This document shows positions 63,905 through 64,000 of a DNA stretch of 64,000 nucleotides, piece after piece (within the stretch, counting starts at the first letter, position 1; each line of letters starts with the position of its first letter). Origin of the DNA: a bacterium (GTDB lineage: Bacteria; JADJOY01); NCBI GenBank assembly GCA_046331705.1, contig JAXLQJ010000026.1, forward strand, positions 1 to 64,000, read 5' to 3'. The position numbers and the translations under genes were made by a program. The notes under the pieces were generated by a model. The model had not been told where the DNA came from and made no database searches. It worked only from the letters and a program-made list of their open reading frames with translations.

Positions 63905-64000
63905 TCGCGCGACGAAACGGCCTCACCGCTCCCACCAGCCGCTTGACGGCTCGCATCGTGCTTGGCTTCACTCTGCCGTCGGCTTGCCTACCGAGCGGTA

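Overview
GC-rich (about 70% by eye) bacterial chromosomal DNA. The gene content (Hanks kinase-cyclase-STAND fusion, FHA and TPR-cNMP proteins, Cys/TM/Arg C-terminal sorting-like tail) suggests a Myxococcota- or Binatota-like organism, but this is inference. About 53 CDS can be supported. Housekeeping and metabolic genes include mpl, rlmI, gltBD, hemW, acs, glcD/E/F and hpf. No rRNA, tRNA, CRISPR array or transposase was seen. Two things stand out. (1) A ~14.6 kb two-armed cluster at 49.3-63.9 kb has a polyprenyl synthase with a DDxxN second motif, a desaturase-like FAD enzyme, an acetoacetate-decarboxylase-like protein, two reductases, two START-like proteins, a set of apparently related amphipathic-helix proteins and a kinase/pseudo-cyclase/STAND regulator. 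It is a candidate uncharacterised isoprenoid-making and lipid-handling system. (2) A 7-copy ~154 bp structured tandem repeat at 23.2-24.25 kb has a diverged solo copy at 6.6 kb that keeps the stems. The glc operon is also split by an inverted gene bracketed by an 11-bp direct repeat. All calls come from reading motifs by eye; no searches were run and many start codons are best guesses.
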